From NCBI GenBank assembly GCA_902770965.1, contig CACXUY010000014.1, positions 1,841-65,840 on the forward strand: 64,000 bases of DNA. Direction: 5' to 3'. This document shows, one piece after another, positions 8,696 to 16,966 of this stretch. Under the pieces are notes generated by a model that was given only the letters and a program-made list of their open reading frames with translations, was not told where the DNA came from and searched no databases. This DNA is from an uncultured Lachnospiraceae bacterium (lineage in GTDB: Bacteria > Bacillota > Clostridia > Lachnospirales > Lachnospiraceae). The translations under genes and the position numbers were made by a program. How positions within the stretch are numbered: the stretch's first letter is position 1; each line of letters opens with the position of its first letter.

Positions 8696-9334
8696 TTATT
8701 CTGCCGCGAGCGCGTCATCTATAAGTGCTTCATAATCATCCGAACCCCTTGCTCCGACGGCGGGTTCACCTACGATCCGCCCCTCAGCATCGACAAGATA
8801 AGAGGTGGGGATGAACTGCGCAGGAAATTCGTCGAATATGCCATCCCAGGGAAGCAGGTTCAAATATGTGACGCCGGTATTTGACAGTATCTCCTCGGCA
8901 GCCTGTATAGTCCTACTGTCATTAACGCCCATGACATCTACTACCACGCCGATTACAGCACATTCTTTGTCCTTCAGACGCCTGTTCAGCTCTTCAAGGT
9001 CAGGCATCTCTCTTATGCAAGGTCCGCAGAACGTGCCCCAGAGGTTGACCATAGTGAGCTTATTCTTGCTGAAAATATCTTCCGAGCGCACCGTGTTCCC
9101 TTGTAAATCTGTCGCCGCAAAGGAGACGGAAGGCTCTGCCTCGGCATCAACGATACTTTCATTGTTGGAGGAGTCAGTAGATCCTTCAGTGGTTTTAGCT
9201 GATTCCGAAGAATTCTTGCCGGAGCCGGATGTAGATGCAGATTGTGTGGAAGAGCATGCAGTTATGAAGATCATTGATGCGATGAGGAGCATAAGTAGAA
9301 AAATAGCAGATGCTGAGGTTATTTTCTTCTTCAT
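8696..9334 (-). CDS. TlpA/ResA-like thiol-disulfide oxidoreductase lipoprotein
   Basis: WGTFCGPCIREMP is a thioredoxin CxxC motif. The preferred start is MKKKITSAS (ATG at 9334), with lipobox FITAC and a Ser/Thr-rich linker. The ORF-track start (9415) would read through an intergenic repeat. Confidence 0.8.
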   Translation of the reverse strand: MKKKITSASAIFLLMLLIASMIFITACSSTQSASTSGSGKNSSESAKTTEGSTDSSNNESIVDAEAEPSVSFAATDLQGNTVRSEDIFSKNKLTMVNLWGTFCGPCIREMPDLEELNRRLKDKECAVIGVVVDVMGVNDSRTIQAAEEILSNTGVTYLNLLPWDGIFDEFPAQFIPTSYLVDAEGRIVGEPAVGARGSDDYEALIDDALAAE

Positions 9335-9367
9335 ACAGAGGTTAATCCTTTCGTTGATATTATGTTC

Positions 9368-9411
9368 GTAACTATTCAGCATCCCGAGTTTGGGGTGCTG
9401 AATAGTTGCTA
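9368..9411. repeat. short copy of dispersed inverted-repeat element (family 1)
   Basis: GTAACTATTCAGCATCCCGAGTTTGGGGTGCTGAATAGTTGC. Its termini match the ends of the ~75-bp copies at 14740, 33131, 33201 and 50835. Confidence 0.75.
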
Positions 9412-9433
9412 GCATTTTAGGAGAAGGGAACAG

Positions 9434-10306
9434 TCAATCTTCGCTTTGCCGCTTGTGCTTTCCTATGATGGAAAATGACAGCGCATGCATAGGACAGGCT
9501 TTCATGCATTCGCCGCAGCGGATGCACTCCGCGCTGTCGGGGTCTTTATGCGGGTCAACCTTCATCTCACAAACTCTTTGGCAGATGCCGCAGTCAACGC
9601 ACTTATTGTTATCAAGTCGGATTCGGATGAGACTGATACGCTGAAACAAGGAGTAAAACGCGCCGAGAGGGCAGATATATTTGCAAAAAGGCCTGTATAT
9701 CAGCACGGATGAGAGCAGACACAGCGCCAGCAAAAGCATTTTCCACCTGAACAGCCACCCAAGCGCAGGACGAAGCGTGTCGTTTAACAGTACTTGGAAT
9801 ACGCCGCCTTGAAGTGTGCCGACCGGACACAGATACTTGCAGAAGAACGGCACCCCGGCTCCATATTTGGTCCGGTAGAGGAGCGGAAGACCGATGACCA
9901 GTACAGAGAGCACAAGGTATTTTAGGCGGCGCAGAGGACGGTCGATCTTATCGGGGATATCGAGCTTCGGTATCGGGACTGGGATCATGTAAAGAAGCTC
10001 TTGCAGCAGACCGAACAGGCACAGCCAGCCGCAGATGAATCGCCCCACAAAAAGCCCGACAGCAGCAAGACATCCAAAAACATAGGCCGGAAACCTCCTG
10101 TGTCTTTCGTTCAGTACAGCCTGAAGCGCGCCGACAGGGCATGCGCCGAGTGCGCCGGGGCAGGAATAGCAGTTCATGCCCGGTACGCAGAAGTGCTTTA
10201 AAGGACCTGTGTATAAGGTCTGACCGCCCGGAAGGAAGCCTTTTACATATGCGTTAGTAAGCAGACCCCAGCCGGTCTGTATTATTTTTCGAAGATGTTT
10301 AGCCAA
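9434..10306 (-). CDS. membrane-bound 4Fe-4S ferredoxin-type protein (NapH/MauN-like)
   Basis: Several TM helices. Cys motifs: CYSCPGALGACP, CPVG, CKYICPLG, CVDCGICQRVCE and CIRCGECMKACP. Confidence 0.75.
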   Translation of the reverse strand: MAKHLRKIIQTGWGLLTNAYVKGFLPGGQTLYTGPLKHFCVPGMNCYSCPGALGACPVGALQAVLNERHRRFPAYVFGCLAAVGLFVGRFICGWLCLFGLLQELLYMIPVPIPKLDIPDKIDRPLRRLKYLVLSVLVIGLPLLYRTKYGAGVPFFCKYLCPVGTLQGGVFQVLLNDTLRPALGWLFRWKMLLLALCLLSSVLIYRPFCKYICPLGAFYSLFQRISLIRIRLDNNKCVDCGICQRVCEMKVDPHKDPDSAECIRCGECMKACPMHALSFSIIGKHKRQSED

Positions 10307-10451
10307 TGCCGATACACTCCATGCAGATTACTGCGGCTTTTCCGAAGACCGATTCCGCCTCCCCAGCAGCAGCGCCGAGTACGCTCATGCAAACTGCGGC
10401 AAGGATGAGTAACAGTGTAAGAAAAACAGAACGCGAATGTATGTCTTTCAT
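10299..10451 (-). CDS. small membrane CXXC-motif protein (CD1871A-like), co-operonic with the 4Fe-4S/TlpA genes
   Basis: The start is MKDIHSR, preceded by AGGAGGG. It has one TM helix and then CMEC near the C-terminus. It overlaps the start of the 4Fe-4S gene. Confidence 0.55.
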   Translation of the reverse strand: MKDIHSRSVFLTLLLILAAVCMSVLGAAAGEAESVFGKAAVICMECIGIG

Positions 10452-10827
10452 GTTTTTGTCCCTCCTGAGTGCTTCGATTATAGCACATTTGTCAGATATA
10501 ATCACTTCGAACATGCCTGTTATCGCCATGGGATACGATCTTATGATACTGTCCGACGATACACTTTGCATGCAATAGTAGTATGCAGCTGTATGTCAGA
10601 TATAAAAGCAAACACCCTGTGGATTGCTCCGCGCTGTGAGCTCACATTACGCTCATCGGTATTTACACTTAGGGATTTATATAGAATATTTCGTATAAAT
10701 CAGGTATATATTGGGCATAGATCGGCATCATTTTGGTAGAATGGCAAAGTATACGGTGATATAATATGGAACGACCCATATATCATGTATGCGGCCGTTT
10801 TTTTCATGCATGTCTATATTAACAGGT

Positions 10828-10896
10828 CTGTACTATCCTAACTGTACTATCCTAACTGCACTATCATAATTGTATTATCATAACTGTATTACCATA
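10828..10896. repeat. 5 x 14-bp degenerate tandem repeat (CTGTACTATCCTAA)
   Basis: Units start at 10828, 10842, 10856, 10870 and 10884 and diverge progressively. The repeat lies in the intergenic region upstream of the GT39 gene. Confidence 0.85.
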
Positions 10897-11073
10897 TCTT
10901 TATAAAGTTCTTTATTTCAAGAAGCCACGAAGATCATATATGAACGACAGATCCCAAGTGCTGAATCAGCTTTTGTTGAAAGGTTACGTGAAAGAAATCA
11001 TTTATATCGCATATCCAGGCCTTATATTGATGCGGCAAAATCTGCGTTATCATCATTATCAGAGGGGATTACT

Positions 11074-12816
11074 ATGGCTGAATCGAATAATAATGTACAG
11101 CTGAAGAAAAAACCAAAGAGAACGGTCGAGCTCATTTGCCTTGTCTTGCTCCTGCTTCTTGCGACTGCAAATGTGCTTTACTGGGGCAGCCGGAAAGAAG
11201 GCTATCATCTTGATGAACTGTTCTCCTATACACAGGTATGCAACACGGCCTATCTAAGGATGACCACTAATCAAAAGGATAGCAAGTATCTGAACATCTG
11301 GCATGACGTATCCTGGTTTGAAGATTTCTTAACAATCAATGATGATGAGGCGTTTGACCTTGTCGGGGCATGGAATACCGCCAAGGATAACGACGCACAT
11401 CCCCCACTGTATTTTGTGATACTGGAGCTGTTTATATCGCTCTTTTTCAGAAATCATTTCACAAAGTGGAGCGGCCTGGCCGCCAACCTTCCTTTTTTCA
11501 TTTTTACGCTGATCCTGTTATATTGCCTGAGCAAAAAGCTGTTCCGTAACGATGGAATACCTGCTCTTGCGACTGTTCTTTTCTATGGTATCAGCGTCGG
11601 GGCAGTAAGCATGGCAGTATTTATACGAATGTACATGGTTTTGTCCTTTTTTGCTATGCTGCTGCTGTATCTCCATTGTCTCCTTTATGAAAATGTATTT
11701 ATCAAAGGAAAAACGACGGGGCAGAGTACCGGTGTGATAATCGGCATATTCTTCAGTATACTTCTAGGTACGTTGACCCAATATTACTATTATCTCTTTG
11801 CGTTTTTTGTCTGCGCTGTTTTTTTCATCTGCCTTTACATCAGAAAAAAATGGGCTTCTCTCAGGGTATACACCGCAACCGCGATTTCGGCGGTATCAGC
11901 AAGCATCATACTTTGTCCGAACTTCATGAAAGATATTTTTCGTGGCCATAGGGGAGTAGGAACAATAGGTGAAGCCCTGTCGTTAAAGGGCTGGGTCTAT
12001 AATGGAATAGAGTATTTGCAGTTGACAGTCAGATCATTATTCGGGATTCTTGGCCGTGCGGTTGTCGTTATAATATTGTTGATGTCGGTCATATTAATAT
12101 GGAAATACATTATCGCTAAAACCGCCCCATGTGACGCGGATAACCGAATAAAAGACCGATCGGAATGGAAGCATGAGTTCGAAGCAAATAAACCTGAATC
12201 AAAGGCTGAAGCGAAAAACCAATGGGAGACAAGATTTGTCATACTCATCTCTCTGGCGATGGCTTTGTATGCGGCAAGTATCGCATTGATTGCTCCTTAC
12301 CAGGAATTACGATATGTTGCGGTTGTATTTCCTTTTGCCGTATTGGCAGTGTGTTATTTTGCTGTGCTGCTGGCTTCATGCGTCACTGAGGCTAAGATTT
12401 TCAGGGGAGTTATATTGTTCGTCATCCTGCTGTCTGTGATATCAGGATACCGTTCGCCTGGAGTGGATTATTTATTTGTCGGGTTTAACGAACAGCTGCA
12501 GCGTCTGGATACTCTTAGACCGGACAGGGCAATTGTCATTATAGATAAGAATAAAACATTCAGCACAAATATAGCACCGTGTTTGCTAAAATCATCTTAT
12601 ATATATCAGACATATTCGGATGATATTTCGGAGCTATCCGGCTTTAAAAAAGAGAACGATGAGAACATCGTGGTGTATATTTACAATGATGATTCACCGG
12701 AAATCGTTATTGAAGAAGTCAAAGACATTCTTCAGGCTTCGGGAGCATCTGAAGAGCTATTGACCGAGGGAAAACATCAGTTCCGAATGTATAGACTATT
12801 CTTTGATGAGCAATGA
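11074..12816 (+). CDS. GT-C fold glycosyltransferase, family 39 / ArnT-PMT-like membrane protein
   Basis: About 12 TM segments, GYHLDELFSY (DE loop motif), DAHPPLYF, and a soluble C-terminal domain. Confidence 0.75.
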   Translation: MAESNNNVQLKKKPKRTVELICLVLLLLLATANVLYWGSRKEGYHLDELFSYTQVCNTAYLRMTTNQKDSKYLNIWHDVSWFEDFLTINDDEAFDLVGAWNTAKDNDAHPPLYFVILELFISLFFRNHFTKWSGLAANLPFFIFTLILLYCLSKKLFRNDGIPALATVLFYGISVGAVSMAVFIRMYMVLSFFAMLLLYLHCLLYENVFIKGKTTGQSTGVIIGIFFSILLGTLTQYYYYLFAFFVCAVFFICLYIRKKWASLRVYTATAISAVSASIILCPNFMKDIFRGHRGVGTIGEALSLKGWVYNGIEYLQLTVRSLFGILGRAVVVIILLMSVILIWKYIIAKTAPCDADNRIKDRSEWKHEFEANKPESKAEAKNQWETRFVILISLAMALYAASIALIAPYQELRYVAVVFPFAVLAVCYFAVLLASCVTEAKIFRGVILFVILLSVISGYRSPGVDYLFVGFNEQLQRLDTLRPDRAIVIIDKNKTFSTNIAPCLLKSSYIYQTYSDDISELSGFKKENDENIVVYIYNDDSPEIVIEEVKDILQASGASEELLTEGKHQFRMYRLFFDEQ

Positions 12817-12886
12817 AATGACGGACTGTGTGAGTGAGGACAGCCGAACAATTCCTCGACCGCATTTACAGCGAAAAATGATAATA

Positions 12887-12971
12887 ATGGCAGTTGAACA
12901 ATGGTTTTAAGTGAAGACAGCATAGAATATGGCAGTTAAACAATGGTTTTTAAGTGAGGACAGCATAGAAT
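12887..12971. repeat. 2 x ~42-bp tandem duplication ending at the GT2 start codon
   Basis: ATGGCAGTTGAACAATGGTTTTAAGTGAAGACAGCATAGAAT (12887-12928) is repeated at 12929-12971 with 3 differences. The next unit would begin with ATGG, which is the GT2 start at 12972. Confidence 0.85.
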
Positions 12972-13946
12972 ATGGAAGATATGAACAGCAAATACTGTAA
13001 AAAAAGGAAGGTATCGGTTGTGGTTCCTGCCTACAACGAGGCGGAATCGATCCCCCTGCTCTATGAAGAGATATGTGAGAATCTCGATAGCCTGACAGAG
13101 GCAGGCCTGATCGGTGATTATGAGATCTTGTTTATCAACGACGGTAGCGCAGATAATACCGAAAGCGTGCTGTTAAAGCTCCATGAAAGCGATGAAAGAG
13201 TCCATCTGATCTCATTGCGAAGAAATTTCGGTAAATCAACAGCAATGCAGGCGGGCTTTCACCATGTGGCGGGTGATATCGTATTCACTATGGATGCCGA
13301 CCTGCAGGACGATCCGGCTGAGTTCAGACGCTTTATCGAGAAGCTGGATGAAGGGTATGACCTTGTCGTGGGCTGGAAGCAGAACCGTCTGGATCCGGCA
13401 GAGAAACGCCTTCCGTCAAAGCTTTTCAACACGGTGACATCAAAGACATCCGGAGTCAGGCTGCATGACTTTGACTGCGGCTTTAAGTGCTTCCGCAAGG
13501 AGGTCGTCGATGCGCTCGATATATACGGTGAACTGCATCGTTACATCCCCGTGCTGGCTCACCGTAAAGGCTTCAAGATCACGGAGATAACGGTAAACCA
13601 CAGGAAAAGGACGCATGGTAAATCGAAGTATGGCTTCGAGCGGTATATGAGGGGGCTTCTTGATTCCCTGACGACCACGTTTCTTTTGAAGTACTATGAT
13701 CGGCCGATGTACTTTTTTGGAAGGCTGGGACTGTTTACGGGCGGCCTGGGTTTTGTGATATGCCTTTGGCTGTCAATTCAATGGCTGGGCGGAGAGTCGA
13801 TAGGAACACGCCCGCTGCTTACCCTCGGCGTGCTGCTGGTCATCATGGGCGTGCAGTTCATTTCCACAGGCTTTGTCTGTAATCTGATCGTCGACAGGCA
13901 TTTCAGGAACTCATATAACGAAAGCCATATAAAATATATAACGTGA
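12972..13946 (+). CDS. GT2 polyprenyl-phosphate glycosyltransferase (GtrB/ArnC/DPM1-like)
   Basis: VSVVVPAYNE, NDGSxD, DADLQDDP and two C-terminal TM helices. Confidence 0.85.
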   Translation: MEDMNSKYCKKRKVSVVVPAYNEAESIPLLYEEICENLDSLTEAGLIGDYEILFINDGSADNTESVLLKLHESDERVHLISLRRNFGKSTAMQAGFHHVAGDIVFTMDADLQDDPAEFRRFIEKLDEGYDLVVGWKQNRLDPAEKRLPSKLFNTVTSKTSGVRLHDFDCGFKCFRKEVVDALDIYGELHRYIPVLAHRKGFKITEITVNHRKRTHGKSKYGFERYMRGLLDSLTTTFLLKYYDRPMYFFGRLGLFTGGLGFVICLWLSIQWLGGESIGTRPLLTLGVLLVIMGVQFISTGFVCNLIVDRHFRNSYNESHIKYIT

Positions 13947-14067
13947 AAGGCTCGTAAGCTGCGCCGTGCCCCCGGACCATTGCATGGCTTTCCGCGAGGC
14001 ACACAGGGGAGCCTCGCCAAGCCGCGCTGCGGCGTCATGACAAGATATGGAGCAAAGGAAGTGTGTG

Positions 14068-14157
14068 TCCTGAAGGAAGGGCATGTCTCTAAGGAAGGGC
14101 ATGTCACGAAAGAAGGGCAGGTCTCGAATGAAGGACATATCCGGAAGGATGAGCATG
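14068..14157. repeat. 5 x 18-bp tandem repeat
   Basis: Units are GTCCTGAAGGAAGGGCAT, GTCTCTAAGGAAGGGCAT, GTCACGAAAGAAGGGCAG, GTCTCGAATGAAGGACAT and ATCCGGAAGGATGAGCAT. On the + strand they read in frame as (V/I)xKEGH hexapeptides. Confidence 0.85.
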
Positions 14158-14173
14158 GCGGGCTGTATGGGGA

Positions 14174-14635
14174 ATGCTTATGGATGAGAAATTGGAAAAG
14201 AAGGACAGGAAGCATCTCTTGAAGGATGGACGTCTTGCGGAGGTCATAAGATACATATTCTTCGGAGTCGGTACGACTGTGGTAAATATTGCCATATATC
14301 AAAGCCTGCTTCCGTTTATGGATTACCGCGTCAGCAATTTGATAGCGATACTGGCCGCGAAGATATTTGCTTATGTCACGAACAAGCTGTTTGTGTTCCG
14401 GTCAAAATGTGGCAGCTTAAAAGAATTGCTGCTGGAGATGCTGAGGTTCATCCTTGCGCGCGGCGCGACGGGTGTGTTTGACTATTTCGGCCTGATGTTC
14501 GCGGTGGATGTATTGCGGCAGGACCGTGTATGGTCAAAATACGTTATCCAGATCATTGTTATAGCCATGAACTATATTTTGGGGAAAAAGGCAGTATTTG
14601 TCGGGAAGGGTAAAAAGGAACAGAATAAAACTTAA
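14174..14635 (+). CDS. GtrA-family membrane protein (polyprenyl-phosphate sugar flippase-like)
   Basis: IRYIFFGVGTTVVNIAIYQ, NKLFVF, four TM helices and ~150 aa. It is adjacent to the GT2 and GT39 genes. Confidence 0.8.
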   Translation: MLMDEKLEKKDRKHLLKDGRLAEVIRYIFFGVGTTVVNIAIYQSLLPFMDYRVSNLIAILAAKIFAYVTNKLFVFRSKCGSLKELLLEMLRFILARGATGVFDYFGLMFAVDVLRQDRVWSKYVIQIIVIAMNYILGKKAVFVGKGKKEQNKT

Positions 14636-14700
14636 AGATCATCAGGCGTGCGTTCTTCACGCAAGGAAGCCGACCGCCGCAGGTATATGGTATCGCGAGA

Positions 14701-14738
14701 TGAAGCCATTTAATAATCATAAGTGGCTTCATTTTTTT
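14701..14738 (+). terminator. rho-independent terminator candidate after gtrA-like gene
   Basis: TGAAGCCA (14701-14708) pairs with TGGCTTCA (14724-14731), followed by TTTTTTT. Confidence 0.5.
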
Positions 14739-14739
14739 G

Positions 14740-14813
14740 TTATTATTCAGCGCCTCTGACCGCCCCGCAACGAGGGGGCGCAGCATCCCGAGTCTGGCGC
14801 GCAGAATAGTTAC
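14740..14813 (+). repeat. dispersed inverted-repeat element, family 1 (full copy)
   Basis: TTATTATTCAGCGCC...CCGCAACGAGGGGGCGCAGCATCCCGAGTCTGGCGCGCAGAATAGTTA. It is collinear with the copy at 50835 and with the reverse complement of the copy at 33201. Confidence 0.8.
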
Positions 14814-15013
14814 CATTTTTTAAAAGGCTAAAGCGAGAAATTATTCCGGCTTTGCCGGGCATGGCCGCGCGGCGGGCAGGGTTCGGCTACATCACCCTTG
14901 CTGGATTTATTTGGGCGACTCAGTCTGCCAGCCAGACGGCTATTGAATAATCTTATGTTTTTTTATATAATGAAGCAGAATATCAGAATTTGAACGCCAT
15001 GACTGCATGAAGG

Positions 15014-16681
15014 ATGAATGCATGGTCAGGTCATACAAACAGAACAATAACAGGCATGGCTAACTATGCTGACGATAGGAACGTGACGAACATGAATGAT
15101 GAGAATAAGAATGATATGAGTATTAAAGAGAAGGCGGGAGAGGGCATTCCCGAAGAAGCGCAGATGTCTGCCGTCACAGAAAAGGATGATGCCGCAGCAC
15201 AAAAGACCGATCAGGACAAGGTCATAGACAGATCAGATGATAAAAGCACTGAGGATGAGACTGCTGTAGACAAGTCCGCGCCTGACGGAGCTGTTGAGGA
15301 TAAAGAATCTGAAAACAAAAAATCTGAAGACAAAACCTCCGGCGACCATTGTACTGTGTGCGGGAGGCCTGAGTCTGAGACCGGACCTTTGATCAACATG
15401 TTCAGTGGCTTCAGGATCTGCCGTGACTGCATCCAGAACACGCTGAACGGTTTTCCCGACCAGAACGTACAGCTTGATTTCTCCAAGATAGATCTCGGTA
15501 AGCTTCCGTTTAATTTCCAGATGATAGATCTGAGCAATATCGGCTTCCCCAGAATGCGGGCACCCAAGGTTAAGGAAAGGAAAGAACCGGAGGTGCCGGT
15601 CGTAAAAGACACTGCCGCGTTGATGCGGGATGTCCCCGCGCCCCATCATATAAAAGGGATGCTTGACGAATATGTGGTAGGTCAGACGAAGGCTAAGAAG
15701 ATACTGTCGGTGGCGGTTTACAACCATTACAAGCGCCTTGCCGCGAACAGCGACGATGGCGTGGAGATCGAGAAATCGAACGTGCTCATGATCGGTCCCA
15801 CCGGCAGCGGCAAGACCTTCCTGGTGAAGACTTTGGCAAGGCTGCTGAAGGTGCCGCTCGCCATAGCTGACGCGACCTCCCTGACCGAAGCGGGATATAT
15901 CGGAGATGACATCGAGAGCGTGCTCACCAAGCTCCTTGCTGTGGCGGACAATGATGTTGAAAAAGCAGAGCATGGTATAGTGTTCATCGATGAGATCGAC
16001 AAGATCGCCAAGAAAAAGAACATGAACTCCAGGGATGTCAGCGGCGAGTCGGTGCAGCAGGAGCTGCTCAAGATGCTTGAGGGCAGCCGTATAGAAGTGC
16101 CGGTGGGTTCCGGAAGCAAAAACGCCATGACGCCTACGACGCAGATAGATACCTCGAACATACTGTTCATCTGCGGCGGCGCATTTCCCGATCTGGAGGG
16201 CATAGTACGCGAGAGGCTGAAGAAGCGTTCCGCTATCGGATTTAATTCGGAACTCAAGGACAGCTACGACAATGACGAGAATATCCTGCAGCATGTCACG
16301 ATGGAGGATCTCCGTAAATTCGGCATGATACCGGAATTTCTGGGGCGCATGCCTGTATTAGTGACGCTTGAGGCCATGACGAAGGATTATCTTGTCAGAA
16401 TCCTGAAAGAGCCGAGGAACGCCATCCTGAAGCAGTACAAAAAGCTCATGGCGATGGACGAGGTGGATCTTCAGTTCGAGGACGAAGCCTTGGAGGTCAT
16501 CGCCGAGAGGGCCATGGAGAAGAAGACAGGCGCGAGGGCGCTCCGCTCGATACTGGAAGAGTGCATGCTCGATCTGATGTATGAGATTCCAAAGGACAGC
16601 AATATAGGGCGTGTCATTATCACCAAGGCTTATCTTGAGGGGCACGGCGGTCCTGGGATAGAATTCAGGAGCCAGCTGTAA
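15014..16681 (+). CDS. clpX: ClpX-type AAA+ unfoldase with a long acidic N-terminal extension
   Basis: Zinc-ribbon CTVCGR...CRDC, Walker A GPTGSGKT, Walker B IVFIDEIDK and sensor region GARALRSILE. About 110 extra residues precede the zinc ribbon. The true start within 15014-15130 is uncertain. Confidence 0.8.
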   Translation: MNAWSGHTNRTITGMANYADDRNVTNMNDENKNDMSIKEKAGEGIPEEAQMSAVTEKDDAAAQKTDQDKVIDRSDDKSTEDETAVDKSAPDGAVEDKESENKKSEDKTSGDHCTVCGRPESETGPLINMFSGFRICRDCIQNTLNGFPDQNVQLDFSKIDLGKLPFNFQMIDLSNIGFPRMRAPKVKERKEPEVPVVKDTAALMRDVPAPHHIKGMLDEYVVGQTKAKKILSVAVYNHYKRLAANSDDGVEIEKSNVLMIGPTGSGKTFLVKTLARLLKVPLAIADATSLTEAGYIGDDIESVLTKLLAVADNDVEKAEHGIVFIDEIDKIAKKKNMNSRDVSGESVQQELLKMLEGSRIEVPVGSGSKNAMTPTTQIDTSNILFICGGAFPDLEGIVRERLKKRSAIGFNSELKDSYDNDENILQHVTMEDLRKFGMIPEFLGRMPVLVTLEAMTKDYLVRILKEPRNAILKQYKKLMAMDEVDLQFEDEALEVIAERAMEKKTGARALRSILEECMLDLMYEIPKDSNIGRVIITKAYLEGHGGPGIEFRSQL

Positions 16682-16966
16682 ATAATCCGGGGATTCACAT
16701 GCCTGGTGATGTCTTCAGCCCAAGCATGCAGGTTTGACAGGATATGAACCGTAGGTTTTACGGAATAAGACAAAAGACTGCCCACAGATCGCCGCGGTGG
16801 CATGAACCGCAGAAGCTCACCGCTTAGATGGGGCAGTCTTTCATTTTTATAAGTCCCTGAGGCGAACGCAGACAAGAGCTTGTTTTCGGATGCATGCGGT
16901 TGTCGAAGGATAACCGGTGTGTGGATTTATTGTCCACGCGCGATCCGCATTGACATTCAGCCGCGC

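Noticed and set aside
13778-14302. 174-aa minus-strand ORF spanning the GT2/GtrA intergenic region
   Set aside because: Its central part (CPSFETCPSFVTCPSLETCPSF) is just the reverse-strand reading of the 18-bp tandem repeat. It also overlaps the ends of two well-supported plus-strand genes.
15233-16294. 353-aa ORF on the minus strand inside clpX, plus 15727-16257 and 15211-15612
   Set aside because: It is antisense to a gene with unambiguous ClpX motifs. The product is low-complexity and R/L/H-rich, with no RBS. This is the typical shadow ORF of GC-rich coding DNA.
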